Positions 13,126 to 25,200 of a stretch of 64,000 bases of DNA are shown here, one piece after another. The notes under the pieces are model-generated. The model saw nothing but the letters and a program-made list of their open reading frames with translations. It ran no database searches and was not told the origin of the DNA. How positions within the stretch are numbered: position 1 is the first letter of the stretch; each line of letters begins with the position of its first letter. The DNA is from Lingula anatina (Eukaryota; Animalia; Brachiopoda), in NCBI GenBank assembly GCA_051362555.1, contig CM120646.1, positions 3,658,001 through 3,722,000 on the forward strand. The letters run 5' to 3'. A program made the translations under genes and the position numbers.

Positions 13126-14377
13126 ATGCTTTAGTTATATTACATTATATGGATATGAACATCTTCCATATTAATATTAATTAATTTTGTGGTCTCACAT
13201 AGAGGTTCCTTTGAGTAATCAGTTAACACTATATGTACTTTGACAAATATTTTGAGAATTCTATGCTCCTTACATGGAACTTGGAGTTAAGTAGATCTTG
13301 TTGACTGAGGTACATGGATTAAGGCTTGTAACGCATTTACGAAATGAACACAGATACAAAAATAAAACTTAAAAAATATTGTACAAATTTATATCATTAT
13401 GCAAATATGTCAAAATACAATTTAATCAAAGTCACGCAGAAACAAAGCATTATTAGTTATTAATCTATTTATTGTATTGGGATTGCAGCACTTACTAGCC
13501 CTAACACATGTATAAGCAAAAAGTTGTGCCACCAGGACCAACATATTTTAATGAATTTTCGTTTTTCATGGTCCCATAGTACAGTCCAGTGCATTTAAAT
13601 ACAGTCATATTTTTGTCTGATATTTGTTTGATGCTCTGGAGACTTGATTACATAAGTATCACACAAGATAAAACTTATTTTAGAGTATTCGACCGCCAGT
13701 CAGAAAATATAAAGTTAAAAAGAAACAATCGTCTCATACAAATATAAATTATAAATATTGGATAATAAAAGACATTTAGAAAGGACATGCATGTCAGGAA
13801 TAATAGTTGACATTTCGGTGGATATCAAAACGAATATATTGATTAATCCTTTCACTGTTGTCATGTCAGAATCGGCGGACAGAAGCAGATTACTTTAGGT
13901 ATGCCTCAGGGCCAGTAGCCAACCAATTACAATTGATGGGGGGGGGGGGGGGGGGGCTGTTTTAGGTGTAAAATATACATGGTAGAGTATTATTTGGATC
14001 GCCCTGGGATCTCTCTAAGACGCTTATGAACTGAGATTGAAGAAGACTTACTTTATATAAAGAACTCCTCAAACTATTTTTCAAAATCTTTGTGCTCCGC
14101 AGCCTGCGCCAGCCAGGTTGTTCTCGGACGCTTTGAATAATGATTATTATCTTAAAGAGACAACGGCAGGCTTTGTTGTATGCTCAGCTGGTCAAGTAAT
14201 TTTCTTCAATCTACTCAATTAAAATGCCATTCAAAACCCAGTTTCAAGCCGTTACTTAATTTTTGTACTAGCACAGTTGAGCTGTTTTTCAAAGAAAAAA
14301 AAAAAACAAAACATTTAATGCAGTCATGTTGACCCAAACCCGATCAAATTTTCGAAAAAACATTTTTGCTTCCTTAC

Positions 14378-17300
14378 TTAAAAATCTCTATCAACTTGTA
14401 CACCAAGTCCATTCAAACGCGTCACTTCCATTTTTGCCAACATTTCGTTTTTCGTCGATGCTTTGACCTCACCAGCCATCTTGTAAAGCTTTGCCAGTTC
14501 CTTATAAACTATGAACGGCGTTTTAGACCTTGGGAATTGCTCATGAACCTGCGGAGTTAATTCAGCAGCTTTTTCAAAGTTGAACAGACTTTGTTCATAT
14601 AGATTTCGATACTGATCACAGTTTAGAACTTTTTGGTTTGGCCTACCAGTCGCCTTGGGCATAGTGTTATGTTTATTCGTGGACAAAATGCCATCGTGGT
14701 ATCCAAACACTTGCTCACACCCTTTGCTGTTGTTTTCAGTTATCACAGTCTGTCCATTTGGTGCCACGTTTTCTTGGTCGATTCGCTGAGCCACTGCCTC
14801 GTATATTTGCTCAGCCTGTGCCTGTCCTAAATGCAGCAGGTGCTCAGCCAATGTGAAATGATTAGGGGTATGTTCCCTTCGGGTGTCAACAGCTTTCTGA
14901 AAATAATCCTCAGCTTCAGGAAACTCCTTTTTCTTCATACAAACAAGTCCAAAATCATCATAAATGAGAGCTATTTCTGTCGTCTTTCCAATTCGCTGAC
15001 ACATAGCTAATGCCTCCTGCAGCATAGGCAAAGCTCTCTCAGTATCCCCCTTTCTGACGTAAAACATCGCTGTGTTACTTAGTGAGTCAACCACGGCTAA
15101 ATTGGGCTGTTTCATAAATTTTCGTTTGTATTTCAGACCAAGTTCAAAATTCTTGAGTGCTCGGTCATCATCTCCCTGCTCAAGATATGCCATTCCCATA
15201 TTGTTGTACATACCACCGATGGAAGGATGTTCTCCAAAGCTGGATACGCGTAACTCAAAGGAGTGCATAAAATAGCGTATGGCCTCTTTAAGCTTTCCTG
15301 AAATTATTATAATAAGGGCAATTGTGATATCAATCATTTTTTAGCTTATAAAATATAAAAAACGAGCTGAAATTCATATACACACACTGGACAAAAGAAG
15401 TGTCACCCCTACTGAGCCAATACTATGGGGGAGATAAATGACTGTGGAATGATATGCTCCTGGTATCATTTTATTAACATCAAAATTCACAAAAAATCAC
15501 AAAATGAGAACAAAATATACATTCTACCAAAATATGCAGTTTCAAGTCCAAAATTAGTACTTAGTGGCATAGCCACGTGACCTAATAATAGGTGCCAGTC
15601 TACGAAGCAAGGTTTCATATAATTGTCTGATGCGTTCAGGGCTTATGCTGGCCCAAGCATGAAACACTGAATATAGTTTTTTGCTGGTTAGTCGGGCATT
15701 TGTAAAAAGTTTTGACATATCATTCAACACATTTTCTATTATGTTTGCATCCGGACTCTGGGCAGGCCACATCACCCTGCGAATGTCCTGTTGGTCAAAC
15801 CAATCATCAACTGCTCTGGGCCTGTGACAAGGAGCATTGTCATCCTGGTGAACAAATGGATAATTCCTGTCACCAAACATGTTAGTAATAGATGGTAGAA
15901 AGCCTGACTCCAAAACATCGATATATTTCTAGTGATTCATGTTTCCACTAACCACTATCAATTCGCCCAAGCCATGGATGCTGATGCAGCCCCACGCCGT
16001 GATGAATATGCTGCTTAGGGTTCGAAAATTCAGTGCATGTGGTTCAAATACTTTACCAGCAGTTTGCCAGCATAGTACCCGTTTGTCATCAGAGGTCAGA
16101 CCAAAGCGACACTCATCAGAAAAAATATATAGGACCAATTGTCATGAACTGCCCAGTTCCAGATCCTGTTGACCCTAGTTTACTTTACGTTGCCTGTTTT
16201 GTAACGATATAAGAGGTTTCAGTCTTGCTACCCTGCTGTACGCTCTCTGAGCATGTAACCGACGCCTAGCAATTTTCACAGACACATTCTTATGTGTGAA
16301 ATTGTTCCACTGTGTTGTCAACTGACAAGCAGTGTCGAACTTTGACAACCTCGACATCAAAATCAGTCGTCGGTCTTCACAGCCAGTATTATTTCTTGGA
16401 CGACCCATCAGAGGCAATTTGTCTCTTGATCCAGTGTTTCTATACCGAGACCAGACCCTCTGCACGGTTTTGACTGAACAATTCAATTGTATCGATATTC
16501 TGACATTGCTTATATTCCGCCTCTTGAGGTTAATAACTTGCACCTATAGCCGTTAGATAATTGCCTGTATCTTGCCATATTGGAGGAAGACAGGAATAAC
16601 ATTTGCTGTACATGTACAAGACCAACAATACAATTCCATGGTATAGCGGTTTTATACTCATTAGTCACATTATAAGTAGACCAGGCATTATAAATACCCA
16701 AGATCTGCCTACTTTCATTACTCTGAGTTAGGGGGTGACACTTCTTTTGTCCAGTGTGTGTACGTATACTCCTAAATGTACCACACATACTGGTAGCCTT
16801 TATCACACAACTGTGTTCATTTCCAATTTTATGCTCTACACTGTAGTTCAAAGGCGCTAAAATTCTGCACGTGTATATAAAGTGATGATTTTACTACTCA
16901 CCCATCCCTGTAAAGACGAGGCCCAAGGTCGAAAGGGTTTGACACATAACAAGGTTTGTGTGCATACCACCATCCGTTTCCAATTTGAATGCTTTCTGAA
17001 GGTACCTGTAAATACAACATCATCTATATTTAAAGGTACATATGAACCGGTGGAGCATGGATTCCCAGTAACACATATAAACCAATTCTACTACCTGTAG
17101 TTTCTTATACAACTCAAATAACTTCGATATATGCCAAGGGATAAACTGATTAAACCACCCGATCACCCATATTAGAGCTTTAGAGTACTCCCTTCTTTAA
17201 AGTTTTGGTCAGACGTTTAACTTCTTATCTAACCCTTTTTTTCTGCCCCTTTTAAATACAGCATAGAAAGCTAGGAGAAAAATCCGCTCAAATATGATTT

Positions 17301-19571
17301 TCGGGTAATATTAAACAATAAATTTGGGTAATTCTCCTAGTTATACTGTTTTGAAACTATATGCTGATATTTGGTTGGCTTTTGTTGCAAAACATTGACT
17401 TTATATGCATCTTAAAGGTTACATTACTTATGTAACTAAAAGCCAACATCCTACATGAGTCCTATAGGACACTATGGGACCCTAAAGAAATGATATTGCG
17501 CGTCCTATAGACTTCCTATTCAGAAGACATGCTCTATAGGACCCCAGAGGTTTTTGGGCTAATTTCCAATGAAACGACCAACAGGACTCTATAGGAATAC
17601 CAGAAAGTTATGTGTCAAATGTAAAAAAATTGTTTTATCTTGGAAGAAACGATCGAGTCTTAAATGTAATCACCTTATTAGAACACTGATAGATTCAACA
17701 AAAATTAATTCCATCACAGAGTGGGTTGGCGCAAAAGCTAAAGCTCATCCTTAACCTACCATTGTGACTTATTCAGGTCACCAGTCTTGTAGTAATTCCA
17801 ACCCAGGTGCTGATACAGAGAGGCCATGTCTATAGGAGTTCCCTTGACGGAAAGAATTACCCTCGCCTTCTCATAATAATCTATGCCTTTTTGTATATCT
17901 CCCTGAAATATTACAAAGCCAGAACTACAATACTAACTGTTTATGACCTTATTTGTCGTAAATACAACCGTTCAGCATAACTGGAATAATGATGGAATAT
18001 ACATGTTATTGCAATTAAATGAAAAGGCTTTGTGTTTGACATATGGGTACGAGTGCATACGCAAAGCAACATCCTGGTGACAAATAATGAGATAAAAAAT
18101 AAATAGATGAAATACCGAAACTAATAAAGAGAAGTACAGTAATAGAATGACAGAAAATAAGTAGCAGATTTAAACCTAGCAGAACACAAAACGTACAACA
18201 TCTAAGTTAGAAGTGAATACAAAATACCTCATCTTAACTAACCACTCATGGTGAGCTGTAAGACACATCGGATTCAAAAATAACATTTATTATATATGGT
18301 CTCATATACATTTGGAAAGTCATGCAAATTATATACCTTAAACTGATTATTTATTTATTTATTTACCTCAATATTGGTCACCGCCTGTGCATATGCTGAT
18401 AACATAAGTCCATGATGTCTGTGGTCGGCACCATCAAACATTCTAGCCTGTTCCATCATGTCTTTATAGAAGCCAATGCTATCCTCTGCATAATAAGCAA
18501 CTAACCCATAATCGTGATAACAAAACTGTTTATAAAAATATTAAAATAAGTTTTATACTTGAGATTTTTGAATGATTGTTCTGTTAATAATATCTGTATG
18601 CTTTAATTCGCCCAAATAAATGTCCTTCATGTATAAACAACTAACGCAACCTTGGCTCCATTTTAAAATGACGTTTTTACAACTGAATAAATTCATTTCG
18701 TCATGTAGATGTCATGGCAAAAATCAGGAAATACATATTCACAATGAAATCATCAAATACTTTGAAATGAATAAGACTTAATACTATAGATACAAAACAC
18801 CAAATGAAACAAATTTACTACAGTGAAATTATACTTGTGACTTGACACACTTAAAAAATAACATACTTTGGAAAAAGTTGATGATAGGGTATTCTGCCAG
18901 CACAGCTACTTTTATAAAACTCTTGTAGCTGTCTTCAGTACAATGCATCGCCTGAGTGAGCAGCTTCTCCAAGTTCTTCCATTCCACGTTCATGGTGGCA
19001 GTGGCAGTCTTTGAGTTCTTGGACTGCATTTGGACATTAACGCACTGAAGAATATCTGCGAAAAACTTACTATAACGTAGCCTTACCTCTGAAAAGAACA
19101 CATTATGTTGACTTTAGAGACTCTAGAGTTCTCGTGGTAATGAATTGATGTACTCATACTCAACACGATTTAGTCCTCTAAATGTGTATTTCGCTTCTAT
19201 TTCTTTGATATTACCATAAGCTCAGTAATTTCTTAAACCGCAGATAAAACCGACATCATCTACCTGTGTTCAGAAACCTTTTAATACTTTGACAGAACTA
19301 ACCTGGTAATTCCCTTATCCGCACATGCTTTTCCACATATTCCCTCATCAACGAGTTGATGTCATATCTCATCTTTTGTCTCAGTACTAAAGACAATCCT
19401 GCTGATTCTTCATGTATAATGGACACTCTTGACAGTTCTTTCACGACTTTAACGCCACCAGTGTCTTGCTTGATGCCTACATGATATAATGCTATAATGC
19501 TATATATATATAACAAGCGTGAGTGTGGAACAGAGTGCTCAACAGTCCGGAGCATTTGTACACAATTGCAA

Positions 19572-19610
<39 letters not shown>

Positions 19611-21045
19611 AAGACATGCAATTATATACCCATACCCAAAACTGCAGCAACGGCTTCTTTGCTGAAGTGACCAGGGATATAACCAATGGCCGCTAAGTGC
19701 TGTCTGAAAACTTCTGTCAGTCGTGCAAGGTGATTTGTTATCACTTTATCTTAAATTGAAAAAGAAAATAAATAAAACAATTATATTGTCTTGGTTTTTC
19801 CGAAATTATCATTAAAAAACAATATTCTATTATCTTTTTTTCTACATTGTATTTGGCCACTTTTAAAGAGAGACAAAGTAACTAGAAAGGGAGAAATAAT
19901 TATCTCAATAGATATGCCTTTCAATATTTTCCTAAACACGTTTTTGTCATCCAATATATACCTTTCTCCAAAGTAAACCCACCTATTCTCTCAGAGTCAG
20001 AGAAACTCTTGTCACTGAGAGCTTTCAGGCGTTCTTCCTTCATGAGGTCCAACATTTCACTTGGGCTCAGATTACCATCACGTAGCATGCTCCCTACAAA
20101 CATTCGAGGTATATATTCTCAAGAGAATGTTTTAACGAAATGAAAAAAAATTATAGATAAATAAGTAATGTTTAGAAAGTTAATAATATCCTCTCTCTTA
20201 ATGGCTAGAAAATTCGAGGTATTCTCAACATAACATTACAGTACAATAATTGGATGAATAAATAAATAGATTATGACAATGAAGTTTAAAAATCTACTTT
20301 CTTAATTGCCCAAAATATTACTTCCCGGAAATATATATAAATTCAACTTACCTACAATGGTTAAAGCAAGGGGCAATCTTGTACATTGTTCTGCAAGTTT
20401 GGTCAAAGTATCTTCATCTATAAATGGACTTTCATTTTCTGCATGGGAGTGAGAAAAAGTGTCGAGTAATAACGCCTTTGCATCTGAAATACAGAGTGGC
20501 ATTAAACTCAGCTGAAAATATTCTCTGCTCAGTCTTGCAAACTGAAACTTGGTGCGGGAAACGATGAAGACCCTCACGTCAGGGCACTGGGTTATGACGT
20601 CAAAAACAAACGTGAGCAGCACATTCTGCAGGTCATGACTGACGTTTCTCGTGGTTGCCTCAGACACGGCGATGTGTTCGCATTTTTCAAAAATCAACAC
20701 ACAGGGAGCAATATTTTTTAAATGCTCAATGATTTGTTGCTGCAGCAGCTCAGGGGTGGAATCGCCGGTAAGCAAAGGCACTTTGTCTTCTAATAATTCG
20801 AGAGCAACGTACTTAAAGAAGTCTTTTGCACTGTTTACTCTTTGCATCGACAAGAATGTAGTGCATAGGTCACCATTATACGCCTTCGCAGACACCTGTC
20901 TCAAAATCTCCCTCGTTAAGCTTGCCTTACCAATCCCGGGAGGGCCATAGATACCAAATATCCGATGCTGTGTCCAAGAATCTGTTATAAGCTTTATTTC
21001 CTTTTCTCGCCCGAAGAAAATAGGGTGCTCTAAATTGAACGCCAT
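14378..21045 (-). CDS. STAND (NB-ARC-like) NTPase with C-terminal TPRs, copy B; complete, ~866 aa
   Basis: Exons 21045-20352, 20093-19983, 19749-19636, 19476-19303, 19088-18867, 18485-18367, 17902-17760, 17005-16902, 15297-14378 sum to 2601 nt with consistent phases. Walker A GPPGIGKA, Walker B VLIFEKCEH, RLPLAL, winged-helix-like region. TPRs: LYQHLGWNYYKTGD, YNNMGMAYLEQGDDDRALKNFELGL, LSNTAMFY, YDDFGLVC. Confidence 0.87.
15381..16760 (-). mobile_element. Full-length Tc1 transposon (frameshifted transposase) in the last intron of STAND copy B
   Basis: Exact 29-bp TIRs CACACACTGGACAAAAGAAGTGTCACCCC (15381-15409 and 16732-16760) with TA on both sides. HTH plus GRPR, FSDECRF, QDDNAPCH, SPDANIIEN spread over ORFs 16175-16543, 15929-16138 and 15554-15913. 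Confidence 0.95.
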
Positions 21046-22218
21046 GTTGTTTACTATTGACACGTGATGCAAAGAAAATGTGACCTTTCTGCAACAAAAG
21101 AACCAGCAGTGCGAGTGCGTGCAGTTGGTCCTTTTATGAACTAGGGCTGTTTAACGTAACACACCCATATGTCAAAGTACAGAGGTACTGGCATTATTAT
21201 CTTTTAGTTGGGATACCACAGAGTATGTTATTTACAGCTTTTGAAATGATACACAAGTCAGCAAAGGCCTATTCTGTATCAACATAGTGTTGTCATTAAG
21301 TGGTGAAATATATGAAAATGTACCCATGTCTAAATTGGGCAATGTACTTGTACGTGCCCACGAAAATTTCTGGCAGTCACATAGGGATCCTATTTTAATT
21401 GAGTGTTGGGGGAATGGGCAGACATGGATATATAGAAAAAAAACTGCGCTAGCGAGTTAATTTCCTGTAGCCTCGTTTCGGTCCTTGTGCATACGCACAA
21501 TATATACGTACGTACAATATATACTATGAAAAAACTGACGTGATTGAAAAATGTGCTGAGTGGATAATGCTCCTGCACGGGTATAGTGTGCCAACCCAGA
21601 CATTGGTGTCTTGCAGGTACGCGCATGTATTTATCTCTAGCCTATCACATATAAATGGACACATGCAGCATTGACCTAAATAGTCTAAATAGCGAAATGC
21701 TAGGGAAATCTGCTTATTCATTGCAGATCTTAACATAGATTGGCATTTTAAACCATGAATAGAGCGAGAAGTGTGGTGTTTTGTGAAACAACACTACCGT
21801 CTACAAGTGCCTATTCTACTGGAAAAGTATTAGAACATGTTTACATGAGCTACATATGTGACTGTCGGTATAATCACTAGCATATATAGCGTGTATCAGT
21901 GTACAGCATTGTAATGCAGAAATAAATGAAAGATATCTTTAATGAGTGAACAATGTCACAATGGACGTATGGCTTGTGTACACTTTTAGGGAACTCTGTC
22001 AGAAGTTGATAAAGCCGGTTGATTTAATTTGTTTGTAGGCCATAAGAAAGAGTGACCTAGATCAATCTCCGATGACTCATAAATTTCATATAATAATCAT
22101 AATCATATGCAGAAACTGCCAATATAGAAACTGGGAACTTTGGCGTAAGCTAAATATAGATTGTTCAGATTAACTGATTCCAAAATTCAGAATTGGCGCA
22201 GAGGGATAGAGAGGAACC

Positions 22219-25200
22219 ATGACACAGTTGGGGTACACGTTTGTTGGTCGTGAATTGGAGATGGACGAAGTTTTGAATCGATGGGAAAAGTTTCGCATAT
22301 TTGGAATCTACGGCCAACCTGCCATCGGCAAGACCGAATTTGCCGAGAGAGTCGTACGAGAAGTTGACAAGCGCTACAGGGAAGAGAGGTCTGTAGCAAG
22401 ATGCCTGCCGCCTGGGAAAACCAGCCACTGCGAAATTGATCGAACAGATAATGACAAAATAGTGCCCCTTTATGTGGCGAGGGTGGATCTCACAGGAGTA
22501 CAATCTGCACTCCAGATTATTGAACGATTCAATCTAGCCACGAAGTTTCCTACATCGTTCAACTACCATGACCCTTTCGACGAGGCGTCGCAGTTTAACT
22601 GGAAGCACGACTTGGCTGCGCATATAAAGAACCATTTTGATAAGGTGTGCAAGAGATACGTCATCTTAATAGATAATTGCGAGCACGTTGTCGTTGCTGA
22701 TGAAAAGAATTTTACTGAGTCCAAGCTTCAGAATGACTTAACAGCCGGTACGAAAGAGGATACGGATACCGACCCTGACTATCTGCATCAGGATAGGCCC
22801 ATCCAAACATTGCTACTGAATCTGATTGGAGACCTAGTCAAGCAATGCCAAAACCTATGGGTATTATTGGTATCAAAATACAGTTTTAACTTTGCCTCCC
22901 TAGGCAGAGTTTATCACCCAGTCCGATTGTCTCGATTGACCACCGAAGAAGGAGGGTCATTGCTGCAGGAGGTGTGCGACTCGGTCAAGTTCAGAAATGA
23001 CCAACTTGAGGAATTAGTAGAAAAGTGTGAAGGCGTGCCCCTACACATCATAGCTGTAGGTAAGTCCTGTATGTGTCTTGTCATAATAATAATAATAATA
23101 ATAATTGGATGACTAAAAAGCACAATCTTCAAATTAGCACGGGTCCACTTATTGGCGAGATCAAACCGTTAAATATGACGACTGACCTAGATACACGTTG
23201 GGACATACACGGCCATATAAGTGCATTAAATGCGTAAAATCAACAAAAGACTTTGAATAAACAGCCTTACAAGTGGAACCAGGATTTATTCTGATTGACG
23301 AATACGCTACGATAATGGTTCAATCCACACCGTTTAGTTTGTCAGGTAGAGGGGTCGATCGGTACGAAGTGGGTGACTTAGGTTCATTGGTATCATATGG
23401 AATCTCATAAATTTAGCCAGGAGTCAGATTATGTGTGGTAGCACTCTCAAATCAGAAGCTTTCATTATGTTTGTAGTCATTATATACGGTAACACCCTAA
23501 CAGATGAGAGTATAAACATCCATATAGTGAAAACATATGATATAAAGCAACACTTTTGCGTCAATATATGCATTTTCAAGAAATAAGTAAAGTTAGTTTC
23601 GTAATATTGAGTAACCTGTTAACAAATGACGTCAGAGGTCACCTGAGGTCAAATTTGAGGCATTTTTATGAAAAATAAACTTGTGAAGTTATTTTTAAAG
23701 AGACTGTTAGTCAATATTAAGGGCATGGTAATTTCTGATAATTTCTGCCCTCATGAAAGAGATTTCATGAGATTTGACAGTTTACTGTACAGTATGAGAC
23801 ATTTATGGATCACACAAATACTTGAAGTGTTTTTGAATTAGGGGATATGGGAGGAAAATACTCACCATTTAATAGGTTTGCTACATGAAGGTATGAATAG
23901 AAGTTAGGCTCATTTATTTAGCTGAAAAATTGTTCTAATAGGTAAAGTAACAAAAATGTTATTGTGCAATCTAGCTTTAAAGTAGGTCAAAGTTCACATG
24001 CGGTCAAATTTGAATGATTTTCAGGCCTCTGTCTAAATATTATAATATCCCTTAAATATAGACTTATTTACTAGAAATAATCTAAAACATTATTTTTCAT
24101 TTCCATTCACTTTAATGAAATAACTTATGGGTTAATTTCTTCCCGAAAATGACTCAAATTTGACATTACATTACTTTTGCCCTTTGATTTGCTTTAATTT
24201 CTACATCACACATAATATTAATTATTGTTGTTTCTTCACCTGTTATGACAGTTATTTTCATATCTAGCAAACCTAATAAATGGTGATCATCTTTCCTACC
24301 CCAACCAGATATTCAAAAATTGAACCAAGCGCCCGCTATAGCACAAACGCAACCATTTTCACCTGCCTTAAATGTGATCTGTCTCTTTCCTTATTTTCTT
24401 TAAGGGACCGAGTTGAATGGCAGTGAACATTTGTACAAAGCAGGTGGATTGCTAGAAGTTCTTAGGGAAGATAGACTGCGGTCATTAGGAGAAGAGGGTC
24501 TCGCCGACGACGAGAGAGCGGGTATAACGGAATTTATTCTCCTTTTCAAACAGATACCAGGCAACACAATTGTACAGTCATATTTAATGGAAATGTTCAT
24601 TTTTAGTCATTCTGCTCCGATTGGGTGGCGCTGTGGTTACCTGTAATTAATAACTGAATGTTTTGAGATTTAACTTTTCGATAGTTTGAATGTACATGGT
24701 ATTCCTCTGAACACAAAGAGCTTAATATACTCCTCGAAGACCTTTGATAACGGTTATAAAGAGCACATGAAATAATTCACTTTTTTAGATTTCATTTTCA
24801 GAGAAAATAGAAGCGAAGGAATTCAGTAGGCTACCACCCAAATTACAGAAAAATGCGTTATCACTGGTCAACTTACAGAATGGTTGCAGTAAAGAAGACA
24901 TGGCAGCACGGACAGGTATAATAAGACTCTACGAATACATCTTCTTAATGTATAGACCCGTCTTAGAAATATGAAATAACCTAAAACATTAAGGATGTAT
25001 TTATTTTTTCTGTTTTTGTGGCGATTTTCCTAACCATACTTACACCATACTTACGCTATGACTATTAAACGTGTTTCAACTTACGACAGTGGGGAAATTG
25101 TCTTGAGTAGCACAGAAAGCAAGGTTTATTGTGCATTAATATTGCTTTCAATACATTAAGCATACATATTAAATATCAATGTGTGTGCGTGAGCGTCAGT

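Noticed and set aside
19140-19265. Possible extra exon in the conserved intron 4 of STAND A/B
   Set aside because: In-phase translation hits stops, exons 4 and 5 join in frame without it, and copy A tolerates a MITE there.
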